DNA of 24,698 nt from an uncultured archaeon (GTDB lineage: Archaea; Asgardarchaeota; Lokiarchaeia; Sigyniarchaeales; SOKP01). Within the stretch, counting starts at the first letter, position 1; each line of letters begins with the position of its first letter. The stretch is from contig CAYLZE010000074.1 in NCBI GenBank assembly GCA_964388035.1, forward strand, positions 1 through 24,698. Direction: 5' to 3'. The position numbers were made by a program, and so were the translations under genes. Shown here piece after piece: positions 7,138 to 16,629 of this stretch. The notes under the pieces were generated by a model. It was not told the DNA's origin, did not search any database, and worked only from the letters and a program-made list of their open reading frames with translations.

Positions 7138-10002
7138 ATGAGCAAACAGCTTAATTCAAAGAAGGAATATTATTTAAAGACCATTAGTGATTTACAATTA
7201 GAATTCGAAACAAATATAGAATATGGAATTAAAGCTTCAGAATTGAATGCTAGATATGACAAATATGGTTTCAATGAATTACCAAAAATCAAAAAATCCC
7301 TTTGGAAAATATATTTAGCCCCGATATTTAATATTTTAATCATAATTTTATTGGTCTCAGCTATTTTCGTAGTTATTTTAGGCGATATTAGCTCTACAAT
7401 AATTACATTTAGTGTGGTGATTCTCAATTCTGTCACCTTGATAATTCAACAATATAGAGCACGAAAAGCGTTAGAATCATTAAGAAAGATTGCTGCTTTA
7501 AAAGCGAATGTTATGAGGGATGGAAGGGAGCTTGAAATTCCCACCAGAGAACTCCTGCCTGGAGATATCATTTTAATCAGTGAAGGAGCTAAAGTTCCTG
7601 CTGATGCCCGAATAATTGAAGCTGTAAATCTATCTCTTGATGAAGCACCCTTAACGGGAGAAAGTGAACCCGTGGAAAAGGACGATATGGTGTTGAATAA
7701 ATCTAATTTACCGCTTCAAGAACAATTAAACATGATATTCATGGGGACTTTCGTGGATACGGGACGGGCAAAAGCTCTGGTCGTTGGAACCGGCCTTAAT
7801 ACGGAAATAGGGAAAATATCTACCCAATTGAACGAGATGGGTAGTATTGAAGATATTCCCTTAACTCACAAATTAAACCGACTTGGCTACATCCTCGGAA
7901 CCATGGTGGTACTTATTCTTATCTCTTCAGTGATTGATAAACTAATCTTATTAGATTTAGAAGGAACCTTATATGGTGAGTATATTAATAATGCTTTAGT
8001 AGATTCTATTTTAACGGCAATGAATATTATGCCGGTTAATTTACCAATCTTAGCCACGTTAGTGTTAGTAACGGGAATATTAAACATGGCACGAAGCGGA
8101 GTAATTGTTAAAAATATGGCCGCAATCGAATCATTAGGGCGGGTTTCTGTGATAGTTTCCGATAAAACAGGAACTATTACTCGAAATGAAATGACGGTAG
8201 GCTTTTTTTGGATTAATAACCATGAATTTTCTGTTTCGGGGACGGGATATGAAGCGGATGGAGAAATATTTGATGACGGAATGATAGCAGATTTCACTCA
8301 TGATTTGACTTTCAAAAGGTTCATTGATTCGATTATTATAAATAATAATGCGAAACTAATCCGTGACAATGTAAAAATACGCGCAAAAGATAAAAAGCAA
8401 ATTTCGGTAAGAAGAGCAGTAGGTTCTCCAACTGAAGCAGCTTTATTAGTTTTGGTAGAAAAGGTCAACATTATACCTCAAGATGTAAAACAAGATTATA
8501 CCAATCTTAAAGAATTTTCCTTTAATTCAGAATTAAAGCAAATGACAACGGTATGCAAGTTAAATTCAGACGGTGAAATTTATGCATATTCTAAGGGTGC
8601 TCCAGAGAAAATCTTAGATCTTTGTTCTAATATTGAAGCAAACGGTAATTCTATTCCTTTCTCTGCTAGCTCTAAAAATGAGCTAATAAACAATATTCAA
8701 AATCGTGCTCGACAAGGTTACAGAATCCTAGCTGTTGCGTATCGGAAACTCAATCATTTTGAGAATGAAAAGAGGAAAACGATTGAAAATAATTTAACTT
8801 TTCTAAGTTTTGTTTCGATATTGGACCCCCCACGTAAAGGAGTTAGAGAATCAGTTGAAGAAGCTCAAAACGGTGGTGTGAAAGTGGTCATGATCACGGG
8901 TGATCACCCCGCAACTGCAATGACGATTGCATCCCAGATGGAGATTTATAAACCAGGAGACTTAATTGTTGAAAGCTCCGAAATAGATAATTTATCTACG
9001 GAAGAATTTAATAAAGTCTCTGTTTTTGCAAGAGTAAATCCTTCAGATAAGCAAGTTATTGTTAAACGCTACCAAGAGCAAAATAAGATTTGTGCGATGA
9101 CCGGGGATGGAATCAATGATGCTCTTGCGTTAAAGCTTGCTAATGCAGGGATCGCCATGGGTATAACCGGTACAGATGTTGCAAAAGAAACGTCAGACAT
9201 GGTAATATCCGATGATAATTTTACGTCGATAGTTAATGGAATTAAAATTGGTAGGGGTTTATTTTCTAAAATAAGAACGATAATTTATTTTTTTATCAGC
9301 CTTAATATCATGGAAGCATTTATCTTTTTTACATATGAATTCATCCCTTCTATTCAGTTATTTAGTTCTCAATGGCAACATGTTTATATATTTGCAATCG
9401 CTCATTCTTTTCCCTCTCTTGCTCTCGTGGGGGATAGAATTCCATTAGGTGTAATGAAAGAACCCCCGAGAAATAAAGAAGAACTCTTAAATAAGAACAT
9501 GTGGGTCATGCTTATTGTTCAAGTAGCAATAATGGGTTTGGGACTCGTGTTAGCCTTCCAACTCACCCTTGAAGGCGTTATTCCATTAAATAAGTGGAAT
9601 TTAAATCCCTTAATTAGTTATTTACCACCTGGTTCTACTCACGAGCAATTAATAGAACAAAAAGCACGCACGATGTTCATTACTTCCTTATATATTGCGG
9701 AAACCACTTTTATTTGGACTTTTCGTAGACCGAATAAATCAATATTCCAGAGTCTTCGAAATGAATTATCGAAATTAATATTAGTAGTAACTATAGCTAC
9801 TTTGGGATTACACGTATTATTTATAAGTTTCTCGTATCCCGTAAATCACTACGTTAACGATGTGCTGGGATGGAACTTCCAATTTAATTTCATGTATCTA
9901 AGTATCACTGATTGGTTAATTTGTATCGCATTGGCGATTCCTGGTCATATGGGGATTGAAATATTTAAACTATATGCACGTAAGCGGAAAATCTTCTTTT
10001 AA
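7138..10002 (+). CDS. P-type ATPase with a P2 (SERCA-like) scaffold and non-canonical membrane binding site; substrate unknown
   Basis: LTGES, SDKTGT, KGAPE, DPPR, MITGDH, FARVNP and TGDGINDALAL are all intact. M4 reads PVNLP instead of PEGLP. Confidence 0.95.
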   Translation: MSKQLNSKKEYYLKTISDLQLEFETNIEYGIKASELNARYDKYGFNELPKIKKSLWKIYLAPIFNILIIILLVSAIFVVILGDISSTIITFSVVILNSVTLIIQQYRARKALESLRKIAALKANVMRDGRELEIPTRELLPGDIILISEGAKVPADARIIEAVNLSLDEAPLTGESEPVEKDDMVLNKSNLPLQEQLNMIFMGTFVDTGRAKALVVGTGLNTEIGKISTQLNEMGSIEDIPLTHKLNRLGYILGTMVVLILISSVIDKLILLDLEGTLYGEYINNALVDSILTAMNIMPVNLPILATLVLVTGILNMARSGVIVKNMAAIESLGRVSVIVSDKTGTITRNEMTVGFFWINNHEFSVSGTGYEADGEIFDDGMIADFTHDLTFKRFIDSIIINNNAKLIRDNVKIRAKDKKQISVRRAVGSPTEAALLVLVEKVNIIPQDVKQDYTNLKEFSFNSELKQMTTVCKLNSDGEIYAYSKGAPEKILDLCSNIEANGNSIPFSASSKNELINNIQNRARQGYRILAVAYRKLNHFENEKRKTIENNLTFLSFVSILDPPRKGVRESVEEAQNGGVKVVMITGDHPATAMTIASQMEIYKPGDLIVESSEIDNLSTEEFNKVSVFARVNPSDKQVIVKRYQEQNKICAMTGDGINDALALKLANAGIAMGITGTDVAKETSDMVISDDNFTSIVNGIKIGRGLFSKIRTIIYFFISLNIMEAFIFFTYEFIPSIQLFSSQWQHVYIFAIAHSFPSLALVGDRIPLGVMKEPPRNKEELLNKNMWVMLIVQVAIMGLGLVLAFQLTLEGVIPLNKWNLNPLISYLPPGSTHEQLIEQKARTMFITSLYIAETTFIWTFRRPNKSIFQSLRNELSKLILVVTIATLGLHVLFISFSYPVNHYVNDVLGWNFQFNFMYLSITDWLICIALAIPGHMGIEIFKLYARKRKIFF

Positions 10003-10005
10003 GTG

Positions 10006-10034
10006 TTTCCTTTTTTCCCTTTTTTCTCTCTTTT
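10006..10034 (+). terminator. Pyrimidine/oligo-T tract, likely terminator
   Basis: A T/C-only run follows the ATPase stop. Mirror A-tracts at about 10090-10123 would serve the convergent GH3 gene. Confidence 0.45.
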
Positions 10035-10124
10035 CATAAAGAGACGGATAAATATGTAATAGGAACCAACTATTACGCTAAAATTATTAAGAAAAAGTTA
10101 AGAAAAGGTTTTTTAAAAAAAAAA

Positions 10125-12185
10125 TTATTTTTTGAATTCGATTTGAGTGGATAATGGAAGAGCACGGGAGGAGGATCCCGCCCAAATTGTGAACATTCCC
10201 GTTTCAGCGATAAAATCATGGTCTTTCTCTGAGTAAAATTCGAATGCTGTCTCGTCCAACTCAATGGAAACGGTTTTTTTCTCTCCGGAATTCAAAAATA
10301 CTTTTTCAAATCCTTGTAATTCTTTGGGCGGGCGGTCAACGGAACATTCATCATCTCCTACATAGATTTGAACTATTTCTGCTCCCGCCGCTTTTCCGGT
10401 ATTATTGACATCAACAGAAACCGTGAAGTTTCCCTTGCCTTGAAGGTTTGCTTTATTAACCCGGATATTGGACATCTCAAAAGTCGTATATGAAAGCCCA
10501 TATCCGAAAGGAAAAAACGGTTCGACTTGCTGCTTATCGAAAAATCGATATCCTACATAAATTCCTTCCCCAAAATATATTTTCAAATTCTCCAAATCTC
10601 CTGGAAAACGATTTGGGGATTTATGCGCAGGATGGTCTTCCAATTTCTTTGGATATGTTACGGGTAGCTTGCCTGAGGGACTTACTTCACCAAAAAGCAC
10701 GCGAGCAAGTGCTATTCCTCCCATCATGCCGGGATACCAAGCATTTAAAATGGCGGGAACGCTGTCATACCATTCGGAACAATCGATGGGACTGCCCACT
10801 ATCAAGATTAACACCGTATTTGGATTTTTTGCTGATATATCTTTTATTAGTTGTACTTGATCCTCAGGTAATCCATAATGCGTGCGATCTTTTCCTTCTG
10901 CATCCGCTTCAGTATGAACAAAAAGTGTTTTGAAGATGCTTCCGCCGTGGTCAAGACCCACTATCAAGAAAACAACGTCAGCATTTTCAGGTTCATCCAC
11001 GATCTCTGCTTTTCCAGACACGTAATCGCTTATTCCTTCAAAAGGAGTCACAAATTTGGGGGGAATAACGGCAGAACTTCCTCCATTTAAGGGCTTTCCA
11101 AACTTTTTATCTGAATTCGGACCGAGGATAGCAATCTTTTTGACTTCATTAAGATTTATAGGAAGCAGATTTGATTCATTTTTAAGCAATACCATGCCTT
11201 CTTCTGCAATTTGTTGGGCAATTGCTTGATGTTCTGGGATATCTGAAACTTTTTCGTGGATGTCTTGTTCTTGTTCAATCAATCCGACGCGAATAAAACT
11301 AAGTAGAAGGGGTTTTATCACATGATTTATATCTTCTTCACTAATCTCTCCTGAATTTAACGCACTTTTAACTTTCTTGGGGGTCATTACCATGCTTAAA
11401 AGGTTTCCTGGCATTTCTAAATTAAGGCCCGCTTTTATGCAAGATGCCGCCCCAGCGGTATTTCGTGCCGCCCCCCAATCTGAAACAACATGACCCGAGA
11501 ATCCCAGTTGGTCTCTTAGGATCTCGCGGAGCGCATGCTTATTTTCAGCACCATATACTCCATTGATTTTATTATAACAGCACATCAAACCCCAAGGATT
11601 TGATTTTTCAATAATTCGCTTGTAATTTTTAACGTAAATTTCTTGGAAGGGGCGCTCTTTAATTTCCGTGCTAATTGTCATTCTCTTGGTTTCAGAGTTA
11701 TTAGTTATATAATGTTTAATACATGCAGCTATCTTTTGAGATTGAATGCCCTTAACTACTTCTGCAGCAATATCAGAAGATAGGATGGGATCTTCGCTGA
11801 GATATTCAAAATTACGCCCGCACAAGGGACTGCGAATTATATTCACGCCAGGCCCTAAAATTTGATGCCGTCCCGCTAACCTCGTTTCCTTACCCAATGC
11901 TACCCCCATCTGATATGCAAGCCTTTTATTCCACGTAGCAGATAATCCGATTGTTGAGGGAAATCTCGTGCGCTTTCCTCGATGGCTGGAATGCCACGCC
12001 ACCCCCAAAGGACCATCCGTCATCCCAAAGGGTAGAATTCCTAATCTTTTGATGGGATGGGTAGTCCAGAGGCCTCTTCCTCGGAGTAGTAGAATTTTCT
12101 CCTCTAAAGTCAGCTGTTGTAACAGATCCTCCACTCTTGCTTCCTCATCCAAGTTCGGGTCTAAATATTTCGCTTTTGTTTCCAT
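10125..12185 (-). CDS. Glycoside hydrolase family 3 (beta-glucosidase-like) with C-terminal Fn3-like domain, cytoplasmic
   Basis: MTDGPLG, GRNFEYLSEDP, CIKHY, nucleophile motif VVSDWG, VLLKN, AWYPG, PSGKLP, FPFGYGLSYT, ELQGFEKV. Start is ATG 12185 or GTG 12194. Confidence 0.95.
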   Translation of the reverse strand: METKAKYLDPNLDEEARVEDLLQQLTLEEKILLLRGRGLWTTHPIKRLGILPFGMTDGPLGVAWHSSHRGKRTRFPSTIGLSATWNKRLAYQMGVALGKETRLAGRHQILGPGVNIIRSPLCGRNFEYLSEDPILSSDIAAEVVKGIQSQKIAACIKHYITNNSETKRMTISTEIKERPFQEIYVKNYKRIIEKSNPWGLMCCYNKINGVYGAENKHALREILRDQLGFSGHVVSDWGAARNTAGAASCIKAGLNLEMPGNLLSMVMTPKKVKSALNSGEISEEDINHVIKPLLLSFIRVGLIEQEQDIHEKVSDIPEHQAIAQQIAEEGMVLLKNESNLLPINLNEVKKIAILGPNSDKKFGKPLNGGSSAVIPPKFVTPFEGISDYVSGKAEIVDEPENADVVFLIVGLDHGGSIFKTLFVHTEADAEGKDRTHYGLPEDQVQLIKDISAKNPNTVLILIVGSPIDCSEWYDSVPAILNAWYPGMMGGIALARVLFGEVSPSGKLPVTYPKKLEDHPAHKSPNRFPGDLENLKIYFGEGIYVGYRFFDKQQVEPFFPFGYGLSYTTFEMSNIRVNKANLQGKGNFTVSVDVNNTGKAAGAEIVQIYVGDDECSVDRPPKELQGFEKVFLNSGEKKTVSIELDETAFEFYSEKDHDFIAETGMFTIWAGSSSRALPLSTQIEFKK

Positions 12186-12408
12186 AAAAATCACTTAAAA
12201 GAGTCAGTTTTATACATGTTACAAGAGAACTAAATTTTTTTATATATTTAATTGTTTAGATGAAAGTATTGAATTCTTAATTAATTATTCAATATAAACT
12301 AAAATATTGCCTTTAATGACCAGCTGATGAGCATCAAGCTCTTTTAATATTCAATACAATGAATTTCTCTAACAATTCACTATAATTAGCTAGGCACGTA
12401 GAATAAAT

Positions 12409-13716
12409 TTAATAATGTCGAGGAGGCTCCCCTCTCATATCAGGAATCTTTCCTTTTAGAATGGGATCCTTAGTGTTTTCCATCCATTTTCGAAGCGTGT
12501 CTCTTAACTCATTTATTATCGATTCATTAGCAGGATTATGAATCCGGTTATCCATTTCGTTCGGGTCTCTTTCTAAATCGTAGAACTCTTCGTTAGGGCG
12601 TGGATGTCTATTCTGGGATCCCATATAAATCCCCGAAGGTTCTTTTGAAATATCTCCAGGAATCTGATAAAGGACCTTGGACTCCTCGCAATTCCAGATA
12701 TATTTATAATTTTTTGTTCGGATTCCTCTAATGGGATCATAAATTTCATGGAACGTTTTTTCCGCATAAATTTCCTCCCGAAAGCCAAGATTCTCGTTTA
12801 TCAACACGGGAAGGAAACTTTTTCCTTCTATCTTCTTAGGGGGTTCTCCTCCGATAAAGTCTATTAACGTTGGAAAAAGGTCAATATTGCTAATCATCTG
12901 ATCAATTATTTTTCCTCCACTGAATATCTCGGATGATGGCATGTTCATTAATAAAAGGGTTTTGATTCCGGGATCATATAACGTGCATTTTGCTCTTGGA
13001 AAAGGTAACCCATGATCCGTAGTAAAGATAAAAAGCGTATTCTCTGTCAAGTGATATCGTTGCATATCATCCCTGATCTTTCCGATAGTAGCATCTACAA
13101 GCTCGATAACGGCATAGAATTCTGCTAAGTTTTGTCTTATTGCTTCATTATCCGGTAAAAAAGGAGGTACCATTACGGTCTTAGGATCGCCAGGTTCCGC
13201 CCATGCTTGAAAGGGTAAATGGACTTCAATCGTTCCTATTTTTAAGAAAAACGGTTTTTCATCATCCTTATGTTGGGAAAAAAAATCGCTATATTGTTTT
13301 TCCATTCTCTTGCAAGAATACTTCCATTCCGCGCCTCGCTTACTCACGGTATCATAGCCCAGAGAATAGGCATCATTACTCTCGTGCTGCAATCCCAATA
13401 AATGCGTGCTATATCCATTCTCCCTCATGGCTATTGCTAAGGTTTTATTTTCTCTTGGAAGAGACCAGCCTCGATTCACTAAACCCATTAAACCATTCTG
13501 ATGAGGATAGAGAGATGTAATGATGCTCCCCCTGCTCGGACTGCATTGAGGTGCTGTACAAAAATAATTCGTGAATTTTAATCCTTCCTTGGCAATTCTA
13601 TCTAGATTAGGAGTATTGAGAGTATTAGGCGTTTGGGGAGAATCATAGCATCTTAAATATTGTCCTTGATCATGAGTGATGAATAACACGATATTTGGTT
13701 TTTTTTGACTTGACAT
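12409..13716 (-). CDS. Cys-type formylglycine sulfatase (possibly N-sulfoglucosamine sulfohydrolase-like)
   Basis: KPNIVLFITHD, TPNLDRIA, CSPSRGSIIT (CxPxR), TDHG, AKCTLYDPG, IDLFPT, FYDLERDPNE. Confidence 0.92.
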   Translation of the reverse strand: MSSQKKPNIVLFITHDQGQYLRCYDSPQTPNTLNTPNLDRIAKEGLKFTNYFCTAPQCSPSRGSIITSLYPHQNGLMGLVNRGWSLPRENKTLAIAMRENGYSTHLLGLQHESNDAYSLGYDTVSKRGAEWKYSCKRMEKQYSDFFSQHKDDEKPFFLKIGTIEVHLPFQAWAEPGDPKTVMVPPFLPDNEAIRQNLAEFYAVIELVDATIGKIRDDMQRYHLTENTLFIFTTDHGLPFPRAKCTLYDPGIKTLLLMNMPSSEIFSGGKIIDQMISNIDLFPTLIDFIGGEPPKKIEGKSFLPVLINENLGFREEIYAEKTFHEIYDPIRGIRTKNYKYIWNCEESKVLYQIPGDISKEPSGIYMGSQNRHPRPNEEFYDLERDPNEMDNRIHNPANESIINELRDTLRKWMENTKDPILKGKIPDMRGEPPRHY

Positions 13717-13935
13717 TTGAACATTACCTTTCCTATATAATTAGTTTAAAGAAAATAAGATAAAAAAATGTAAAGGAATTCTAACAAATAACTTCTTACT
13801 ATTAATATATTTTATATACATTCTTTCCTCATTTTGTAAGTTAGAGAAAAAACGTCCCTTTGAAATATCTTATACATAAAAAATTAATACTTGAATTGTC
13901 TATTATCCATTAAACTAGAATATTGTATAATTATT

Positions 13936-14160
13936 ATGGGTCAAAAAAGTAATTTGACACAATATTGGTTCAATCAAGAGGATTTAATAAAGCCTATTGA
14001 TTGGGAATACTTTAAATCACTTTTAAAAGCCACCCAAGATGCTTTGGAATTATACATGCGAGGAAAAATATCTATTGGAAAAGCTTCTGAAATCGCGCGA
14101 TTATCATATCGCGAAATGGACAGTATTCGTGCTAAAGCAAGAATCCCAATTCACATTTGA
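13936..14160 (+). CDS. UPF0175-like putative antitoxin (small HTH)
   Basis: The C-terminal ALELYMRGKISIGKASEIARLSYREM...IPI matches the UPF0175 pattern. A PIN toxin remnant follows immediately. Confidence 0.75.
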   Translation: MGQKSNLTQYWFNQEDLIKPIDWEYFKSLLKATQDALELYMRGKISIGKASEIARLSYREMDSIRAKARIPIHI

Positions 14161-14166
14161 ATTATT

Positions 14167-14265
14167 ATGATGTAAGTAATTTCCGATACTGCTCCTCTAA
14201 TATTTCAGGCAAAAAATGAGGAACTTTTATCATTTAAGGAATTGTATATAAGTGTCCTCATTCTA
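14167..14265 (+). pseudogene. Remnant of a PIN-domain toxin (DUF3368/VapC-like)
   Basis: ATG ATG TAA GTA ATT TCC GAT ACT GCT CCT CTA... translates as MM*VISDTAPLIFQAKNEELLSFKELYISVLI. This matches the PIN N-terminus VVSDTSPLIxLAKxxxLxLLxxLYxxVLIP. There is a stop at codon 3 and similarity ends after about 32 codons. Confidence 0.75.
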
Positions 14266-14344
14266 TTTTTATTATACTATATCCTAAATTATTATGAGAA
14301 ATACTTAAAGAAGCGATTAAAATTAAGCAATAAGGACATAATTT

Positions 14345-15754
14345 TCATTCAAGATTGTCCAAAAGTTTCAGTTTTTTATCCTCGTGCATTTTATCCACTG
14401 CCGTTCTAATCTCAAGATATCGCTCTTTAGTTATAGGAAATCGAGACATCATTATTAATCCAATAAATAAAGCACTCATGGGGAATACACTCAACAATAA
14501 TCGAAGTCCAAGGATTGTGTTGGCTCCGGCAACGGGGTTAAAAACTGCCCATCCTGTACTCGTGAAAACGGTGCTAATAGACAAGTAAATTAAAATAGTC
14601 GAGAGCCGAATTATCAGGGCACTTACTCCATAATATCCTCCCTCTCTCCTGACACCCGTTTTTAACTCATCATCATCAGCTATTGTTGATATTATCGGAT
14701 CCCTGAAATATAAGGAACCTGAAAATCCTATTCCTATTGCAAAAAAAGTAATGAAACCAGAAATAAGATCTGATATGAAAAGATTTGGGATTAAAACGAG
14801 AATGAATATACTCATGCTGAGTATTGCTCCTCGCTTTAAACCAACTTTTAGTGCAACCCATTTCCAAAAGAATATGAAAATGACCGCAGAAATAAACGAT
14901 ATCCCTAATAATAAACTCAATAAAAAACTTTCCCCTTCTCCAATTCCCAGAACATAAGAACCATAGAGAGGTATGATCGTGGGAAGCATTCCAAATACAT
15001 ACCACGTGGCTAAATCAGGTATAATCCAGTAGAGGAACGTTTTGTTTTTAAGAGTGAATTTAATTGATTCGAAAAACTTAGGAGCATTTTTTGCATCTTG
15101 TATGAATTCTTTTCGTTCCTTAATGCCATACTTGATAAAAATTAGTGATGAACCGATTATAACGCAAGCCATGAATAAAGCTGCGAAGATATAATTAGAT
15201 GCATATTGGGGATTATCATACTTCGGAATGAAAAAACTGGGAATAATGAAAGCAAAAATTAGTGCAATGATAGAAAATATTTGTCGAATAGAGTTAGCTC
15301 GGGCTCTATCCTCAAGATTTTGAAACATTGCGGGAAAGACGCTTACTCTATTCACGGAATAAATTGTATATACTGTATCGAATAGGATTATAATGATTAA
15401 GAAATAAAGAAATAACGGTAATTCACCATTATTAGGAGGCGTCCATAATAAAACCATCAAAATAGCTAGTGGAATAAAAGCGAGCATGATGAAGGGTTTG
15501 CGCTTTCCAAATCGAGTTTTGGTACGATCGGATATAATTCCAAGAAGAGGGGCATTAAAAGCGCTCCATATTGACCATAGGATAAAGCCTAAAGAGATTA
15601 AAATAACATTTAACTGCTTTACGGCAAAATAGAATGTAAAAATGAGAAAAGTAAACATCTGAAACGCAGACACATCAGCAAACTGCCCAAAACTATATCC
15701 TAAAGCGTCTCTGGGATTATATTCGCTTTTAATTTGTTCAGAATCTCCTTTCAA
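14345..15754 (-). CDS. MFS transporter, GPH/MelB (MFS_2) family, lacking the TM2 cation-site aspartates
   Basis: 12-TM pattern, SDRTKTRFGKRKPF, DDDELKTGVRREGGYYG. TTG start with GAGG upstream. Confidence 0.9.
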   Translation of the reverse strand: MKGDSEQIKSEYNPRDALGYSFGQFADVSAFQMFTFLIFTFYFAVKQLNVILISLGFILWSIWSAFNAPLLGIISDRTKTRFGKRKPFIMLAFIPLAILMVLLWTPPNNGELPLFLYFLIIIILFDTVYTIYSVNRVSVFPAMFQNLEDRARANSIRQIFSIIALIFAFIIPSFFIPKYDNPQYASNYIFAALFMACVIIGSSLIFIKYGIKERKEFIQDAKNAPKFFESIKFTLKNKTFLYWIIPDLATWYVFGMLPTIIPLYGSYVLGIGEGESFLLSLLLGISFISAVIFIFFWKWVALKVGLKRGAILSMSIFILVLIPNLFISDLISGFITFFAIGIGFSGSLYFRDPIISTIADDDELKTGVRREGGYYGVSALIIRLSTILIYLSISTVFTSTGWAVFNPVAGANTILGLRLLLSVFPMSALFIGLIMMSRFPITKERYLEIRTAVDKMHEDKKLKLLDNLE

Positions 15755-15819
15755 TGATTATCCTCTCATCTGTGTATTAATTAATAATTATTATAACATG
15801 GTCTTGCGATTTAAGTTTC

Positions 15820-16629
15820 CTAAAATATAATCGTTGATACCACGGGAAGATGATCAGAACCATATTCAGCAGGACAATCAAGGTTAGATATCATATCTTT
15901 TATAACATGATAATCTTGGATAGATTTATAACCTTTTACAAGAATATAATCAATACTTGCCCGATTATTTAAATCTACTATCGTTCCTGTATCAGTGAAG
16001 TATGTCAAAATAGGCTTTATCTCTTGAGATGTCCTTCCAAGATTTAAATCACCCGTTAGAACTGTAGGGTAGCTAGCTGTTGATAATTCCATGATTTTAT
16101 TCATCAAGAATTCCACCTGAACAAATTTATTTTCATTGCGAATGCCTAAATGCGTATTAAAAACATCCAAGGTAAGAGAAGGGCTTACTTGGATGACGCA
16201 ATGGATGAATACTCTTTCTTGTAACATGCTTGGGATTGGATATCCTTGGGCAGAAATTATTGGAAATTTGCTAAGAATTGTGTTACCCATGAGATGTTTA
16301 TTTTCGGGAGGATTATAATAGAAATAAAACATGTTGAGTCGTTTAGCAAGCCAAAATGCCATGTCCACACCTTGTGAAGTGATGCGCCCCGGTTCTACTT
16401 CTTGGAGTCCGACTATATCAGGATCTCCAACTAATATATTCTGAGCAATGCGTTCCAGGTTTAATAAGTCATCTCCACCTTGCCCAAAATGAATGTTGTA
16501 AGTCATGAAAGTAATCTGATTTTTACTCGGAGTTTCTGTCGGACTTTTAGCAAATCCCCATATCAAAAGAGAAGTAAATAGAGGTAACAGAAAGATGCAG
16601 ATAAATGCTATTTTAGCGTTTCTATTCAT
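15820..16629 (-). CDS. Membrane-anchored EEP (endonuclease/exonuclease/phosphatase) fold phosphoesterase, Cwh43/PGAP2IP C-domain-like
   Basis: N-terminal TM helix; MTYNIH, DIVGLQEV, ILSKFPI, NTHL, GDLN, IDYI and SDHLPV form a complete EEP catalytic set. Confidence 0.9.
   Translation of the reverse strand: MNRNAKIAFICIFLLPLFTSLLIWGFAKSPTETPSKNQITFMTYNIHFGQGGDDLLNLERIAQNILVGDPDIVGLQEVEPGRITSQGVDMAFWLAKRLNMFYFYYNPPENKHLMGNTILSKFPIISAQGYPIPSMLQERVFIHCVIQVSPSLTLDVFNTHLGIRNENKFVQVEFLMNKIMELSTASYPTVLTGDLNLGRTSQEIKPILTYFTDTGTIVDLNNRASIDYILVKGYKSIQDYHVIKDMISNLDCPAEYGSDHLPVVSTIIF

Noticed and set aside
12318-12345. CTGATGAG followed by a small hairpin (GAGC-atcaa-GCTC), suggestive of a hammerhead ribozyme core or C/D box C
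   Set aside because: No GAAA follows stem II, stems I and III cannot be formed, and no downstream CTGA box D is at a suitable distance.
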